A stretch of DNA of 64,000 nucleotides, from positions 1,364,554 to 1,428,553 of the forward strand of contig OY829950.1 of NCBI GenBank assembly GCA_963692475.1, read 5' to 3'. Under the pieces are notes generated by a model. The model was not told the origin of the DNA, ran no database searches, and was given only the letters and a program-made list of their open reading frames with translations. Shown piece by piece: positions 26,282 to 36,156 of this stretch. The translations under genes and the position numbers were made by a program. The DNA is from Candidatus Cloacimonadales bacterium (GTDB lineage Bacteria; Cloacimonadota; Cloacimonadia; Cloacimonadales; JAFGVF01). Within the stretch, counting starts at the first letter, position 1, and the number at the start of each line of letters is the position of its first letter.

Positions 26282-27452
26282 TTTGAAACTTTTCCTTGAT
26301 GATTTAGAAGAAGAATCACAAAAAAAGATAGGCAATGCTAAGCCTATAACTGATTTCATAACAGGTTCTTTTATTGAATGTGAATCTCATCGTGTTTTCA
26401 TTCATGATAGTATTATTAATCCTAAAGAAGAAGAGAATCTCACTAATTCATTACCAGCAATCCCCAACTGGCTCTATAAATATAGCAAGATATTCAACCT
26501 AACCTCCCCAGAAGAAATAATTTTCTTAGATACTGAAACAACAGGTTTAGATAGAGGTGCTAACACATACGCTTTTCTTACCGGGGTTCTATATTTTAAA
26601 GAAAGCAAGTGGCATCTTAAGCAATATTTCATCGAATCACCTGAAAATGAAGTTTTATTAATGAATCTACTATCAGAATTGCTATCAGGATTTAAAGTTT
26701 TAGTTAGTTATAATGGGAAATGCTATGATATTCCCCTGTTAGATAATAGATTTAAATATCATAGAAGCGATTATTCAATCAGAAATTTAGAATTCTTAGA
26801 TTTGCTCCATCTCTCACGAAGATTTTGGAAACCTATCTTGCATGGTTGCAAACTACAAAACATTGAAACATTAATTTTTAATTATATACGTGATTATTCG
26901 AATGATATTCCCGGAGAGTTCATTCCTAAAGCTTATTTCGACTACTTAGCAAGTCGTGATGCAGAGGAAATTGCAAGTGTATTTTATCATAATGAACAAG
27001 ATTTATACTCTCTAACCAGAATCTTGGAAGTATGCACAAATCTCAATTTTATGGATTTTAACTATTTAGAACTCTTTAAGATAGATAGCTATAGTCTTGC
27101 CAAACTTCTTATGGATATTGGATTAGAAGATGCTTCTCTCCCTTTGTTAGAAGAACTTGTTAAAAAAGGTAAGATTTCAGAAAATATTCTTTTACTTTTA
27201 ACTAAACTTCTTAAGAAAGATGCAAAATTCCTCTCAGCTGTTGAATATTTGAAAACAATGGAAACTACTTCTCCCCTAATCTGCTTAGAAATCTCAAAAA
27301 TTTACGAGCATAAACTTAAAGATATTCAGCAATCCTTCTATTATGCCAGAAAAGCCTATCTCCTACTACACGAAGAAAGTACCTTCGATAACAATTTAAT
27401 CTCAGATGCTGAAAAGAGAATAACAAGACTTAAGAATAAAATATCTAAATAG
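26274..27452 (+). CDS. MrfB/YprB-like RNase H-fold (DEDD) exonuclease with C-terminal TPR-like region
   Basis: The ATG at 26274 overlaps the helicase stop (ATGTCTGA) and lies 6 nt after GGAG. The track start at 26262 is GTG inside the RBS. Exonuclease motifs FLDTETTGL, SYNGKCYDIPLLD and YHNEQDLYSL, with a helical repeat tail. Confidence 0.75.
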   Translation: MSDLKLFLDDLEEESQKKIGNAKPITDFITGSFIECESHRVFIHDSIINPKEEENLTNSLPAIPNWLYKYSKIFNLTSPEEIIFLDTETTGLDRGANTYAFLTGVLYFKESKWHLKQYFIESPENEVLLMNLLSELLSGFKVLVSYNGKCYDIPLLDNRFKYHRSDYSIRNLEFLDLLHLSRRFWKPILHGCKLQNIETLIFNYIRDYSNDIPGEFIPKAYFDYLASRDAEEIASVFYHNEQDLYSLTRILEVCTNLNFMDFNYLELFKIDSYSLAKLLMDIGLEDASLPLLEELVKKGKISENILLLLTKLLKKDAKFLSAVEYLKTMETTSPLICLEISKIYEHKLKDIQQSFYYARKAYLLLHEESTFDNNLISDAEKRITRLKNKISK

Positions 27453-27484
27453 GTATAGAGAATGCACAATTCGAGTTTAATTCA

Positions 27485-28114
27485 GGCTCAAGTTCAAGTA
27501 TAGTGGAAAAAAAAGAGACTTTTATTATAGTATATTCATTGTATTAGATAAAGTTACGAGTTTAAATTTACTATTTAGAGTAAGTCTTGCTTGTAAATAA
27601 GACTTTAATAATATAATTTTAAACATAGTTAGCAAGCATGTCCTTTAACCCGAATGGTGCAGTAGAGCTTTAGTAATACTTCACTAAAGCTATGTATCAC
27701 AAGTGAAGAGTGCAGATTCTTTTAGCAAAATAGCTTACAGAATTCAGACGCATATAATATATATATTCGGAAGAATTATGGAAGTTACTTTTGCATAAGA
27801 ATATAGTGCTATTCTCAAAGATATACTGCATTATTTGGGTTTAATTAATCCATTGTTCTTTTCTAAAGGATCATACTATGTGTATTGAACTTATATATCT
27901 TCACTATCAGGTGTCTGTTGGTTTTCAGCTTAGTGGATGGCTAATAGATGCCCAATAAACCCCTAATAAACCGCCAATAGACTATCTGATATAAAGCAAA
28001 TAATGAATAATTTAGATTTGCCAAGGACAAAAAGACTGAATGTTGGATGTTAACAGAAAATTCTACAAAGAGGTGACCTATTTATGAAATTTCCACCAGT
28101 CATGAACTTGAGCC
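27485..28114 (+). mobile_element. ~430-bp MITE (ISL3-like termini), copy 2, carrying a nested 190-bp element
   Basis: Terminal inverted repeat ggctcaagttca(a)g / c(a)tgaacttgagcc. Perfect 8-bp target duplication TTAATTCA (27477-27484 and 28115-28122). No ORF. Confidence 0.7.
27649..27839 (+). mobile_element. ~190-bp MITE-like / structured-RNA-like element, copy B (nested in the 430-bp MITE)
   Basis: Same termini as copy A. 5-bp direct repeat TTTAA (27644-27648 and 27840-27844). The uninterrupted site is visible in MITE copy 1 (gcatatctttttgttaatgcattgttc). Confidence 0.6.
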
Positions 28115-29161
28115 TTAATTCACTATTTGTAAAAACACATTTTCAATAAAATAAAGTGATATATATGAAATCAAGAAAGCAAAGATTGGGGTAACAACCC
28201 AACCGACTATAATTTTACCAAGTTGATTAAAATTCACATCTACATTTTTCCTCGCTAACCCAAGCCCTATTACAGAACCAACTATTGCTTGCGAAGCAGA
28301 TATTGGCACTAAAGGAAAAGCTGGTAGCCCGTTGCTAATAAGAAAATTATGGATAGTAGATGAGGCATAAAGAAACATAGTTAAAGCAACAGATAATACA
28401 ACTATTAATGCTGTGATTGGTGAAAATCTATATAAATTATTCCCAATTGTGCTCATTACTTTCTTAGAGTAGGTCGAGACACCTATTGCAATAGCGATTC
28501 CACCGACAAAGAAAAGTATTTTAGATGGGTCTAAACTAATGAACTTAAAAATAGTAATAGATTTAAATGGATTTGAATTTACAAATACACCCATCACATT
28601 ACCTATATTATTTGCTCCAAGTGCATAAGATCCAAAGATTCCTACCAATATCAAACCAATCCTAGTTAGATTATCTATCTGAACCATATGTAATTTCGTT
28701 CTGTTGAAAAAATATTGGACTATTTTGAACAAAACATAGGTGGTAAATCCTGTTAAAATAGGAGATATAACCCAGGTAGATGCAATTTTAACTAAAACGA
28801 TGTAGTCTGTGAGCTTATCTGAGTATATATTCCAACCAATAATTGCACCAATTATAGCTTGACTTGTTGAAATAGGTAATCCAGCTCTACTCATATAATA
28901 AGTAGTAAGGGCAGCCGCAAAAGCTACTGTAAAAGCTGCAGCAATATGTTCAATGGTACCTAATTTATTCAAAGTAGCACTAGCTCCGCTACCCCCAATG
29001 ACAGCACCTAAAACTACGAATATACTACATAATATAGCAGCAGTTTTAAATCTGACCATCTTAGTTCCTACTGCAGTTCCCCAAAAGATTCCAGCGTGGT
29101 TAGCTCCTAATGACCATCCTAAAAATATACCACTTGAAAGAAAAACTAAGGAAGTAATCAT
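28115..29161 (-). CDS. inorganic phosphate transporter, PiT family
   Basis: Polytopic membrane protein with duplicated PHO4 signature-like blocks SLGANHAGIFWG and ALGANNIGNVMG. Confidence 0.85.
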   Translation of the reverse strand: MITSLVFLSSGIFLGWSLGANHAGIFWGTAVGTKMVRFKTAAILCSIFVVLGAVIGGSGASATLNKLGTIEHIAAAFTVAFAAALTTYYMSRAGLPISTSQAIIGAIIGWNIYSDKLTDYIVLVKIASTWVISPILTGFTTYVLFKIVQYFFNRTKLHMVQIDNLTRIGLILVGIFGSYALGANNIGNVMGVFVNSNPFKSITIFKFISLDPSKILFFVGGIAIAIGVSTYSKKVMSTIGNNLYRFSPITALIVVLSVALTMFLYASSTIHNFLISNGLPAFPLVPISASQAIVGSVIGLGLARKNVDVNFNQLGKIIVGWVVTPIFAFLISYISLYFIENVFLQIVN

Positions 29162-29166
29162 TAAAG

Positions 29167-29832
29167 TTATAGTCTCCTTTTAATCACATAGACAGACAAT
29201 CTTTCAGCTACTGATTCTGCCATATCAGAAGGAAGAACTATTTTTTCAACAAAATAGCGAAGATGCATTTTAACAGATAAATAGGCAATATCTCTATGTT
29301 CGAAAATCTTTCTCTTTAAAGATTCTTCTAATTTATCTGCTTCATGTTCATAGAAATGAACTTTATTAATATAATTTTCTACTAACTTTATTTCAGTAAA
29401 AAATGCACGTGTAGCTTTCACTAATTCTAAAATTGTCTTGGAAGATAGCTCAGAAAGCTCCAAGTAGCCCGGCCTAAGGTTCTCAGGAATATCGGGCTGT
29501 TCAATTGATAGCTGTTCCATTACCTTTTTGCAGACATCAACAACATCATCTAAAGTTTCTATAATGCCAAGAACATCTCCGCGAGATTCTGGTATTAGCA
29601 TATATGAATATAGCTTAAACTTAATGTCATGCCTAAATTCATCAGCCTCATTTTCTAAATTAACCATATCTTTGTAATAGTTTGCAAATCTCTCTTCTTT
29701 CCAGTTAATATAGCATCTTATACCTTCTTCAAAAACTAAGGCACACTTCTCCACAACATCAATATACTTATTGATCAGATTCTGTAAATCTTTCGATTTA
29801 GATGAAAAGAAAGAACTCATTTTTTCCTCCAT
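29167..29832 (-). CDS. DUF47 / PhoU-like phosphate-transport regulator (TIGR00153-type)
   Basis: 221-aa all-helical protein 5 nt upstream of the PiT gene. The DUF47-PiT pairing is a well-known conserved gene pair. Confidence 0.7.
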   Translation of the reverse strand: MEEKMSSFFSSKSKDLQNLINKYIDVVEKCALVFEEGIRCYINWKEERFANYYKDMVNLENEADEFRHDIKFKLYSYMLIPESRGDVLGIIETLDDVVDVCKKVMEQLSIEQPDIPENLRPGYLELSELSSKTILELVKATRAFFTEIKLVENYINKVHFYEHEADKLEESLKRKIFEHRDIAYLSVKMHLRYFVEKIVLPSDMAESVAERLSVYVIKRRL

Positions 29833-30731
29833 TCTTTTAAAGCCAGACCATATCTTAATCCATGGTCACATACTATCATTTCAGAAGCTCCATATTTATC
29901 AAAAATTGACCTAACAATTAGTACTCCACCTAAGATAATATCTGCTCTTTTGGGCGATAAACCAATAATATTTTTTCTTGTTTCTAAGTTTTTTAAAGAA
30001 AGTTCATTTTCTAATTTAATAATATCTTTTAAGTTGATAATCGAACCTTGAACTTTATCAGCAGAATAAGAATCTAATTTTTGGGAAATAGCCGATATTG
30101 TTGTAACAGTACCACCAATTCCGATAAATATATCAGGTGTAAAATCTATTTCAAGGCTATTAAATTCATTCAGCAAGTATTTTTTACACTCTTTTAAAAC
30201 TATAGCATCTACTTTGTTCATCAGATTAAATCTGTCTGTTAAAGTAACAGCTCCAACATCAATAGATTTAGCGAATCTAAGGCTATTTTCTTCTCCAAAG
30301 ATAAATTCTGTAGACCCTCCACCAGTATCTATGACCAATGCTTTTTTGTTATTAACATGGATGCCATGGGTTGCTGCTTGAAAGGAATATGTAGCTTCTT
30401 CTTGACCTGATAATATATTTAACTTCAAGCCTGTTCTTTGTAGAATAATTTGAAGAACTTCTTTACTATTTGAGGCATTCCTAAATATCATGGTACCATA
30501 TAAACTAATATTTTTACATTTATATTTTTGAGCGACACTTATACATCTTTGAATTTCTTCTATATTTCTATATAATGCTTGGGAACAGATTACTCCATAT
30601 AAATTATAGTCTTCACTTAATCTGGTAATTATTGTTTCATCAAATACAGCTTCAAAATCTGGTTCAGTACGATAAATCAATAATTTTAAAGAATTTGTTC
30701 CTATTTCTATTATTGCATTCATTTTTGTCAT
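29817..30731 (-). CDS. Ppx/GppA family phosphatase (short, ASKHA-fold only)
   Basis: Blocks IEIGTNSLKLLIY, LVIDTGGGSTEF and GIGGTVTT. Overlaps the DUF47 gene by 16 nt. Confidence 0.8.
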   Translation of the reverse strand: MTKMNAIIEIGTNSLKLLIYRTEPDFEAVFDETIITRLSEDYNLYGVICSQALYRNIEEIQRCISVAQKYKCKNISLYGTMIFRNASNSKEVLQIILQRTGLKLNILSGQEEATYSFQAATHGIHVNNKKALVIDTGGGSTEFIFGEENSLRFAKSIDVGAVTLTDRFNLMNKVDAIVLKECKKYLLNEFNSLEIDFTPDIFIGIGGTVTTISAISQKLDSYSADKVQGSIINLKDIIKLENELSLKNLETRKNIIGLSPKRADIILGGVLIVRSIFDKYGASEMIVCDHGLRYGLALKEWRKK

Positions 30732-30819
30732 CCTACTTTTAGGGTAATATCAAATATCAATTTGGATTAAAATTGTGTCAAGAATTTAATTATTTTCGAT
30801 TCTACTAACAGTGTAGTCA

Positions 30820-30855
30820 AAATAAAAAAGAAGTAACCAGAATTGATAGTTACTT
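30820..30855 (-). terminator. rho-independent terminator after recX
   Basis: On the minus strand, aagtaac-11 nt-gttactt is followed by a T-rich run (ctttttt atttt). Confidence 0.45.
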
Positions 30856-30905
30856 TGGCAATAGTTATTTAGGAAGAGCAGAACTATAACAAAAAAGATA
30901 AAAGT

Positions 30906-31532
30906 CTAAAAATCCTCATCATTATAGTTTAATTTTCTTTTAAGGTCTTCAGCAAATTCTGCATAAAAGAAGCCTTTACGCATCAAATATGAACATGATT
31001 TGTTATAGATATCTTTAACTCCCCGATTAGAATATATCTTAATAGCCTTATCTATGTTCTCTTGAATAATATTTTTTTTTGCTTCATTATTGTATTGGAG
31101 CTCTAACTCTTGCTCAATCAAGCTTGAATCTACACCTTTGGTTTTTAATTTATAGGAAATTTCTATTTTACTTTTACCAAGGTCAATCATAGACCTAACA
31201 AATAATTCAACTAAACGGGCATCAGAAATGAATTTCTTATCTAAACAGAAATCGATTATATCATTAATTATAGACTTGTGTAGTTTAAGTTTTTTAAGAT
31301 AGAGCCGAGATTCATATTCAGAGTGTTCTTGCTGGGCAAGATAAGTGAATAATCTATCACGTGAGAATTTGTATAATAATTCTCTAACATCCTTGAACTC
31401 ATCACTATCTATCTCATCTTTATTAACAAAAGATTTGAGGAGCTTTTTGGGTAAAACTCCCCAAATTCTATTATCAATAAATACCTCTAATAAGGATTTA
31501 GAATTATATTTTTCTTTGAGATTAATCTTCAC
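30906..31532 (-). CDS. recX: recombination regulator RecX
   Basis: 208-aa helical-repeat protein immediately downstream of, and overlapping, recA. This is the typical RecX size and position. Confidence 0.7.
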   Translation of the reverse strand: MKINLKEKYNSKSLLEVFIDNRIWGVLPKKLLKSFVNKDEIDSDEFKDVRELLYKFSRDRLFTYLAQQEHSEYESRLYLKKLKLHKSIINDIIDFCLDKKFISDARLVELFVRSMIDLGKSKIEISYKLKTKGVDSSLIEQELELQYNNEAKKNIIQENIDKAIKIYSNRGVKDIYNKSCSYLMRKGFFYAEFAEDLKRKLNYNDEDF

Positions 31533-32586
31533 TATCTAAATCAATTGCTCCATCCATATTATCATCTCCTTCATCTTCAAAATGATCAGGTGACACAATG
31601 GTTAATAATTTCTGCTTAATCTCTTCTTTCAACTCAAGATTTTCATTAAGATAATCTTTAGTCTTTTCTGCTCCCTGTCCTAAGCGAATATCGCCATAAG
31701 AGAACCAAGAGCCAGCTTTTTTAACAACATCATTATCTACAGCAAGGTCTAACAGAATATCTTCAGTTGAAATCCCTCTTCCAAAGATTATTGGAAATTC
31801 AACTTTCTTGAAAGGAGGAGCAAATTTATTTTTTACTATTTTTACCCTTGTTTTAGCTCCTGATATTTCTCCCTCTCCACCTGTAGCTTTGATTGAACCT
31901 ACTGATCTTACTTCTAATCTTACCGAAGAGTAGAATTTAAGTGCAACACCTCCGGTAGTAGTTTCTGGATTTACATAAGGAGGTACGCCAATCTTCATTC
32001 TTGTCTGGTTAATAAAAATCACTGCAGTGTTGGACTTAGAAACAATTGATGTAAGTTTTCTTAGAGCTTGAGACATCAACCTTGCTTGTAATCCCACATG
32101 AGCATCCCCCATACTACCTTCTATTTCTTGACGGGGGACTAAGGCTGCTACTGAATCAACAACAATTAAATCTATGGCATTGCTTCTGCAAAGATGTTCA
32201 ACTATCTCTAAGGCCTGTTCCCCTCCATCAGGTTGTGAAATAAGAAGTCTGTCTGTGTTTACTCCTAATTTTTTAGCATAAACTGGATCTAAAGCATGCT
32301 CAGCATCTATGAAAGCAACTTCACCATCAAGTTTTTGAGCTTCAGCAACGATATGAAGTGAAATTGTTGTTTTACCAGAAGCTTCTGCTCCGTAAATTTC
32401 AGTAATTCTCCCACGTGGTATTCCCCCAATTCCAAGAGCTACGTCTAAGTTAAGTGCACCTGTAGGGATAACGTCAACAGCAATTTTTGGTTTGTCACCA
32501 AGTCTCATAATTGCTCCAACACCATATTTCTTTTCCAATTGTTGTAAGGCTGTCTTTAAAGCAGTATCTTTTGATTTATCGACCAT
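31522..32586 (-). CDS. recA: recombinase RecA
   Basis: [16 protein letters not shown] (Walker A), [18 protein letters not shown] and [10 protein letters not shown]. Confidence 0.97.
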   Translation of the reverse strand: MVDKSKDTALKTALQQLEKKYGVGAIMRLGDKPKIAVDVIPTGALNLDVALGIGGIPRGRITEIYGAEASGKTTISLHIVAEAQKLDGEVAFIDAEHALDPVYAKKLGVNTDRLLISQPDGGEQALEIVEHLCRSNAIDLIVVDSVAALVPRQEIEGSMGDAHVGLQARLMSQALRKLTSIVSKSNTAVIFINQTRMKIGVPPYVNPETTTGGVALKFYSSVRLEVRSVGSIKATGGEGEISGAKTRVKIVKNKFAPPFKKVEFPIIFGRGISTEDILLDLAVDNDVVKKAGSWFSYGDIRLGQGAEKTKDYLNENLELKEEIKQKLLTIVSPDHFEDEGDDNMDGAIDLDSED

Positions 32587-32600
32587 CTTAATTCCTTTCT

Positions 32601-33152
32601 TTATAATAGGTTATAGGTTTTGAGTATTCTATAATTAGCACCTCTTTTAGTTAGATTGCTCTCAAAGAGGCTAATTTCATTAATATTAAATTCTTCTTTC
32701 TTTAACTCTGCCCCAAGAATAAATTCAATTTGTGGCTTGATTAGATTAGACTTAATTCTTCCTAAAGTGATATGAGGTATAAAATCTTTATTCTCAAGAA
32801 TAAATCCTTTATTTTTTAGTAAATTCCTTAAGCTTTTTGTTGCTTTATGTAATTGATTATTCGCGCTATCCAAGCTAACCCAAATTAAGCGAGGTTGCTT
32901 CAAGGGAAATATTTCAGCAGAATTTATCATAAACTTCTGACTATTACAAGAAGATATTGAAGTAATAAAATCATCTTCTAATTCTGCTAATTGTGTAGGT
33001 TTAACATCTCCAATAAATTGAAAAGTAATATGAAGATTCTCTTTCTCAACCCACTTTACTCCCGTAGGAATATAACTCTGTAGAAGTATAATAAATTCTG
33101 AAAGTTCTTCTTTTACTTCTTCAGGTAATTGAATACCGTAGAATAATCTCAT
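32601..33152 (-). CDS. thpR: RNA 2',3'-cyclic phosphodiesterase ThpR/LigT (2H phosphoesterase)
   Basis: Two HxT/S motifs: LHITFQF and PHITLGR. Confidence 0.8.
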   Translation of the reverse strand: MRLFYGIQLPEEVKEELSEFIILLQSYIPTGVKWVEKENLHITFQFIGDVKPTQLAELEDDFITSISSCNSQKFMINSAEIFPLKQPRLIWVSLDSANNQLHKATKSLRNLLKNKGFILENKDFIPHITLGRIKSNLIKPQIEFILGAELKKEEFNINEISLFESNLTKRGANYRILKTYNLL

Positions 33153-33155
33153 TTG

Positions 33156-33644
33156 TTATCTTTTATACCCAATATCTTGCAAAAATTTTTTACGTTGGGT
33201 AATATCAGTATCTAATTCAATTCCTTTAGGTGAAAAACCATCTATTACCCCTAAAATACCTCTTCCTTGTTCGGTTTGGGCAATTATTACCTCTACAGGA
33301 TTTGCTGTTGCACAGAAAATATTAACAACTTCCCGGCAGCTTTTAATTGCTGGTAAAACATTAATAGGAAAGGCATTTTCTAACACAATCATGAAAGTGT
33401 GACCAGCTCCTATTTTCTTGATATTCCTGACAGCTTCATCAATAAGATGAGCATCGTTTCCATCTTTACGAATTAGACAAGGACCTGAAGCTTCAGCAAA
33501 TGCTAAACCAAATTTTACGTTAGGAACTGAATTAATGACAGCTTCATATAGATCTTCTACTGTTTTGATAAAGTGTGATTGACCAATAATAATATTAAGC
33601 CCTTCTTTAACCTTCACTTTCTGAGTTAATAATTCCATAAACAT
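33156..33644 (-). CDS. adenosine-specific kinase family protein (former DUF355)
   Basis: 162 aa. [15 protein letters not shown]...ASGPCLIR...GAGHTFMI...[11 protein letters not shown]...GILGVIDG matches my recollection of this family. Confidence 0.55.
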   Translation of the reverse strand: MFMELLTQKVKVKEGLNIIIGQSHFIKTVEDLYEAVINSVPNVKFGLAFAEASGPCLIRKDGNDAHLIDEAVRNIKKIGAGHTFMIVLENAFPINVLPAIKSCREVVNIFCATANPVEVIIAQTEQGRGILGVIDGFSPKGIELDTDITQRKKFLQDIGYKR

Positions 33645-33811
33645 ACCTCATAATAAAATTAATTAATACTTAATATTAATATTATTAGTATCTAAATCAT
33701 GTCAATAAAAATCTTTTAAGAATTTAATTAAATATCCTAAACATTTAACATAGAATATGATACGAAATATAAGTATATCATCATGATTATGTTTTTATCT
33801 CAATTTAGATC

Positions 33812-33855
33812 AAAAAATAAACCATTTCTCATTGAGTTTTAATGAAAAATGGTTT
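33812..33855 (-). terminator. rho-independent terminator after the LruC-domain gene
   Basis: 15-bp stem aaaccatttctcatt / aatgaaaaatggttt (one mismatch) with a T-run downstream on the minus strand. Confidence 0.6.
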
Positions 33856-33883
33856 AAATATATATAATTAATTAAGTATTACT

Positions 33884-35464
33884 TTATTTTGTTGGTTCAA
33901 TATAGATAAATTCTTGATTAGGATTTTCATACCATTCAACGAAAGATGTTCCATTACTATTTACCCACTTACCAAAATCTGGATAAGCAATCACAATATC
34001 AGTAGTTTCAGTAGGGTATGCCATTGGGTATGGGATGTTAATTGCCCAAGGTGCACCTTCTGCTGTCTTGTAATAGTAGCCTGCTTCAAGGTCAGTTGCA
34101 TCATCAAATCCATTATTGAAATATGCTTGGTCTGCAAATGAGCTAGGTGGCAGCCCTGGTAAATGAACTTCCATAGAAGGGTCATGATCTACAGTTATGA
34201 AAGGATTATAAGGTGCGAAATAAACATGCTCTGAAGCATTATATTCACCATTAACTTCTATAATAAAACTAATTGGAATGTATGCTGTATGAGGATTGGT
34301 CTCAACGGTATTCATAAACTCACCATTAAGTTGAATAAGGTCGTTAGAATTAAAGAAAACTTTAATAATTGCTAATCCTTCACTGTTAATTTTCTCTGTA
34401 AGTTGTGAATGAGAAGAAGCAATAAGTGTTACATCATCTGCTTGAATAGGTAATTGGAAATAGAACCCATTCTGCTTAGTAGCACCAATTGCAGTAAGAA
34501 GAAGGTCAAAATGAATTTCTTGGATTTCATTAGTAGCATTTACTACTTCTTTGATATTGTATCTTATAACCATATCATTAAAATCATAATCACCTTTATC
34601 TGGCCATAAATCTTCATAAGCCAATGTTCCATAGTTTCCTTGACTAGGATAGAATAAATCATAAGCTTTGTCAGGCTCATTGGGATATTTATCATTATCA
34701 TCAACTACACCATCATTATCTTCATCAATTCCTGGGAAAAGCGGGGCATTTGGACAAGCATCTTGAGTTAATCTATTAGCAGTCTGTAGTGACCAAGTAA
34801 TACAATCATTTCCTATAGAAGTAAAGTTTACTGTAAATACATTATAGTGCCTTCCAGGAAGAAAGGCTGTTGGTTGTCCTTGATCATAATTTGAACTATT
34901 TAGACCTGAACCAGTAAATTTATTTTTCGACCCAACAGGTTCAGTATAGATTTCATCATACTCGTTATTATAACCCCAATGAGAAGTAATTGAACCATCA
35001 TCTTCAAACTCGATTCCCTCTAAGATTGGAATAACATATAGCTTTATAGCTTTATTATCAGATTTTCCATCTACTTCTTCAATGTTATAAAGATAAACCT
35101 CAGAATCATTCATTAGGTCAGATACTAAATTATTGGAAAAGACCATATTTCTAAAATGAAAATCCAAAGAAGTAACTGATCTTGGAAGTGATATCCTTCT
35201 CTGAATAGGTTCAACATCATCAGTTAAGAAACGATAATATTCAACACCATCATTACCTAACACTATAACAGTTCCTTTGTTAGGAGCATGAAATTCTAAA
35301 TCAACTAATCTATTATTATTAAAATTAAAGTCATCAGGAATATTTAGATCTGAGAAATCATTATATTGCTGATTATTAGAGTTAGTCGATTTTTCATTAT
35401 TGCATGAAACAATCAATATTGATGCCATAATCACCAATATAACAATAATTATTCTATTCTTCAT
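33884..35464 (-). CDS. LruC-domain (DUF4842) lipoprotein
   Basis: Lipobox ILIVSC. Signature AYEDLWPDKGDYDFNDMVIRYNI and an acidic Ca-binding-like DEDNDGVVDDNDKYPNEPD. Confidence 0.7.
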   Translation of the reverse strand: MKNRIIIVILVIMASILIVSCNNEKSTNSNNQQYNDFSDLNIPDDFNFNNNRLVDLEFHAPNKGTVIVLGNDGVEYYRFLTDDVEPIQRRISLPRSVTSLDFHFRNMVFSNNLVSDLMNDSEVYLYNIEEVDGKSDNKAIKLYVIPILEGIEFEDDGSITSHWGYNNEYDEIYTEPVGSKNKFTGSGLNSSNYDQGQPTAFLPGRHYNVFTVNFTSIGNDCITWSLQTANRLTQDACPNAPLFPGIDEDNDGVVDDNDKYPNEPDKAYDLFYPSQGNYGTLAYEDLWPDKGDYDFNDMVIRYNIKEVVNATNEIQEIHFDLLLTAIGATKQNGFYFQLPIQADDVTLIASSHSQLTEKINSEGLAIIKVFFNSNDLIQLNGEFMNTVETNPHTAYIPISFIIEVNGEYNASEHVYFAPYNPFITVDHDPSMEVHLPGLPPSSFADQAYFNNGFDDATDLEAGYYYKTAEGAPWAINIPYPMAYPTETTDIVIAYPDFGKWVNSNGTSFVEWYENPNQEFIYIEPTK

Positions 35465-35615
35465 AACTTATTATCTCCTTTTATAAGTATTATAAATAAA
35501 TAATACTCAATAATTTATAAGATGCAAATTCTTAATTCTACATTGCTATTCATATTAGATTTTTAAACAACATTTTTAAGTTTAGTGTAAATATTATTTA
35601 TTAATAATTCATGAA

Positions 35616-36014
35616 TCAAGCTTCAATAAACTGAGTCATTAGTTCAAACAGTTCCTGTGCTACTCTAACAGGCTTCCCCTTAGTGGTGAAAACACCAGTA
35701 ACAATAGCCTTGGTACATAATTCATTAGCATGATTATAAACTTCTTGAATCCAGATGCCTTTTACTTTAGTAATTTTATTTGTTTTAGTATGTACAATTG
35801 CAATATCTTCCATTTTAAATGGTTTTAGATAGGAAATATCAATATTAGAAATAAATATAGATATATCCCATTCTAATAATTTAGCTACAGAAATCCCCAT
35901 TTCAATAAGAGCTTCAGATCTTGCAGCTTCTAATAATTGAAGATAATTACTATTATTTAAATGTCCATAAACATCACATTCATAGCCATATATTTTTCTT
36001 TTAAACTCAAACAT
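35616..36014 (-). CDS. acyl-CoA thioesterase, hotdog fold (YbgC/4HBT type)
   Basis: YGYECDVYGHLNNSNYLQLLEAARSEAL is the typical 4HBT N-terminal catalytic block. Confidence 0.8.
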   Translation of the reverse strand: MFEFKRKIYGYECDVYGHLNNSNYLQLLEAARSEALIEMGISVAKLLEWDISIFISNIDISYLKPFKMEDIAIVHTKTNKITKVKGIWIQEVYNHANELCTKAIVTGVFTTKGKPVRVAQELFELMTQFIEA

Positions 36015-36081
36015 TTGTCCTCCTTTGAGTATTGGAACATTCTATTTTCTTAATAAATTCATTGAAATTATTCAGCAATTC

Positions 36082-36111
36082 TTGACAATAAATTTCTTTT
36101 TAGAATTTATA
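36082..36111 (+). promoter_or_regulatory. candidate promoter TTGACA-18 nt-TTTATA upstream of the TrmH-family gene
   Basis: Hexamers at 36082-36087 and 36106-36111, ~45 nt upstream of the start codon. Confidence 0.35.
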
Positions 36112-36156
36112 GATATGAAAAAATATTTAGTTAGCTAATACTTAGTAAGGGGTATA

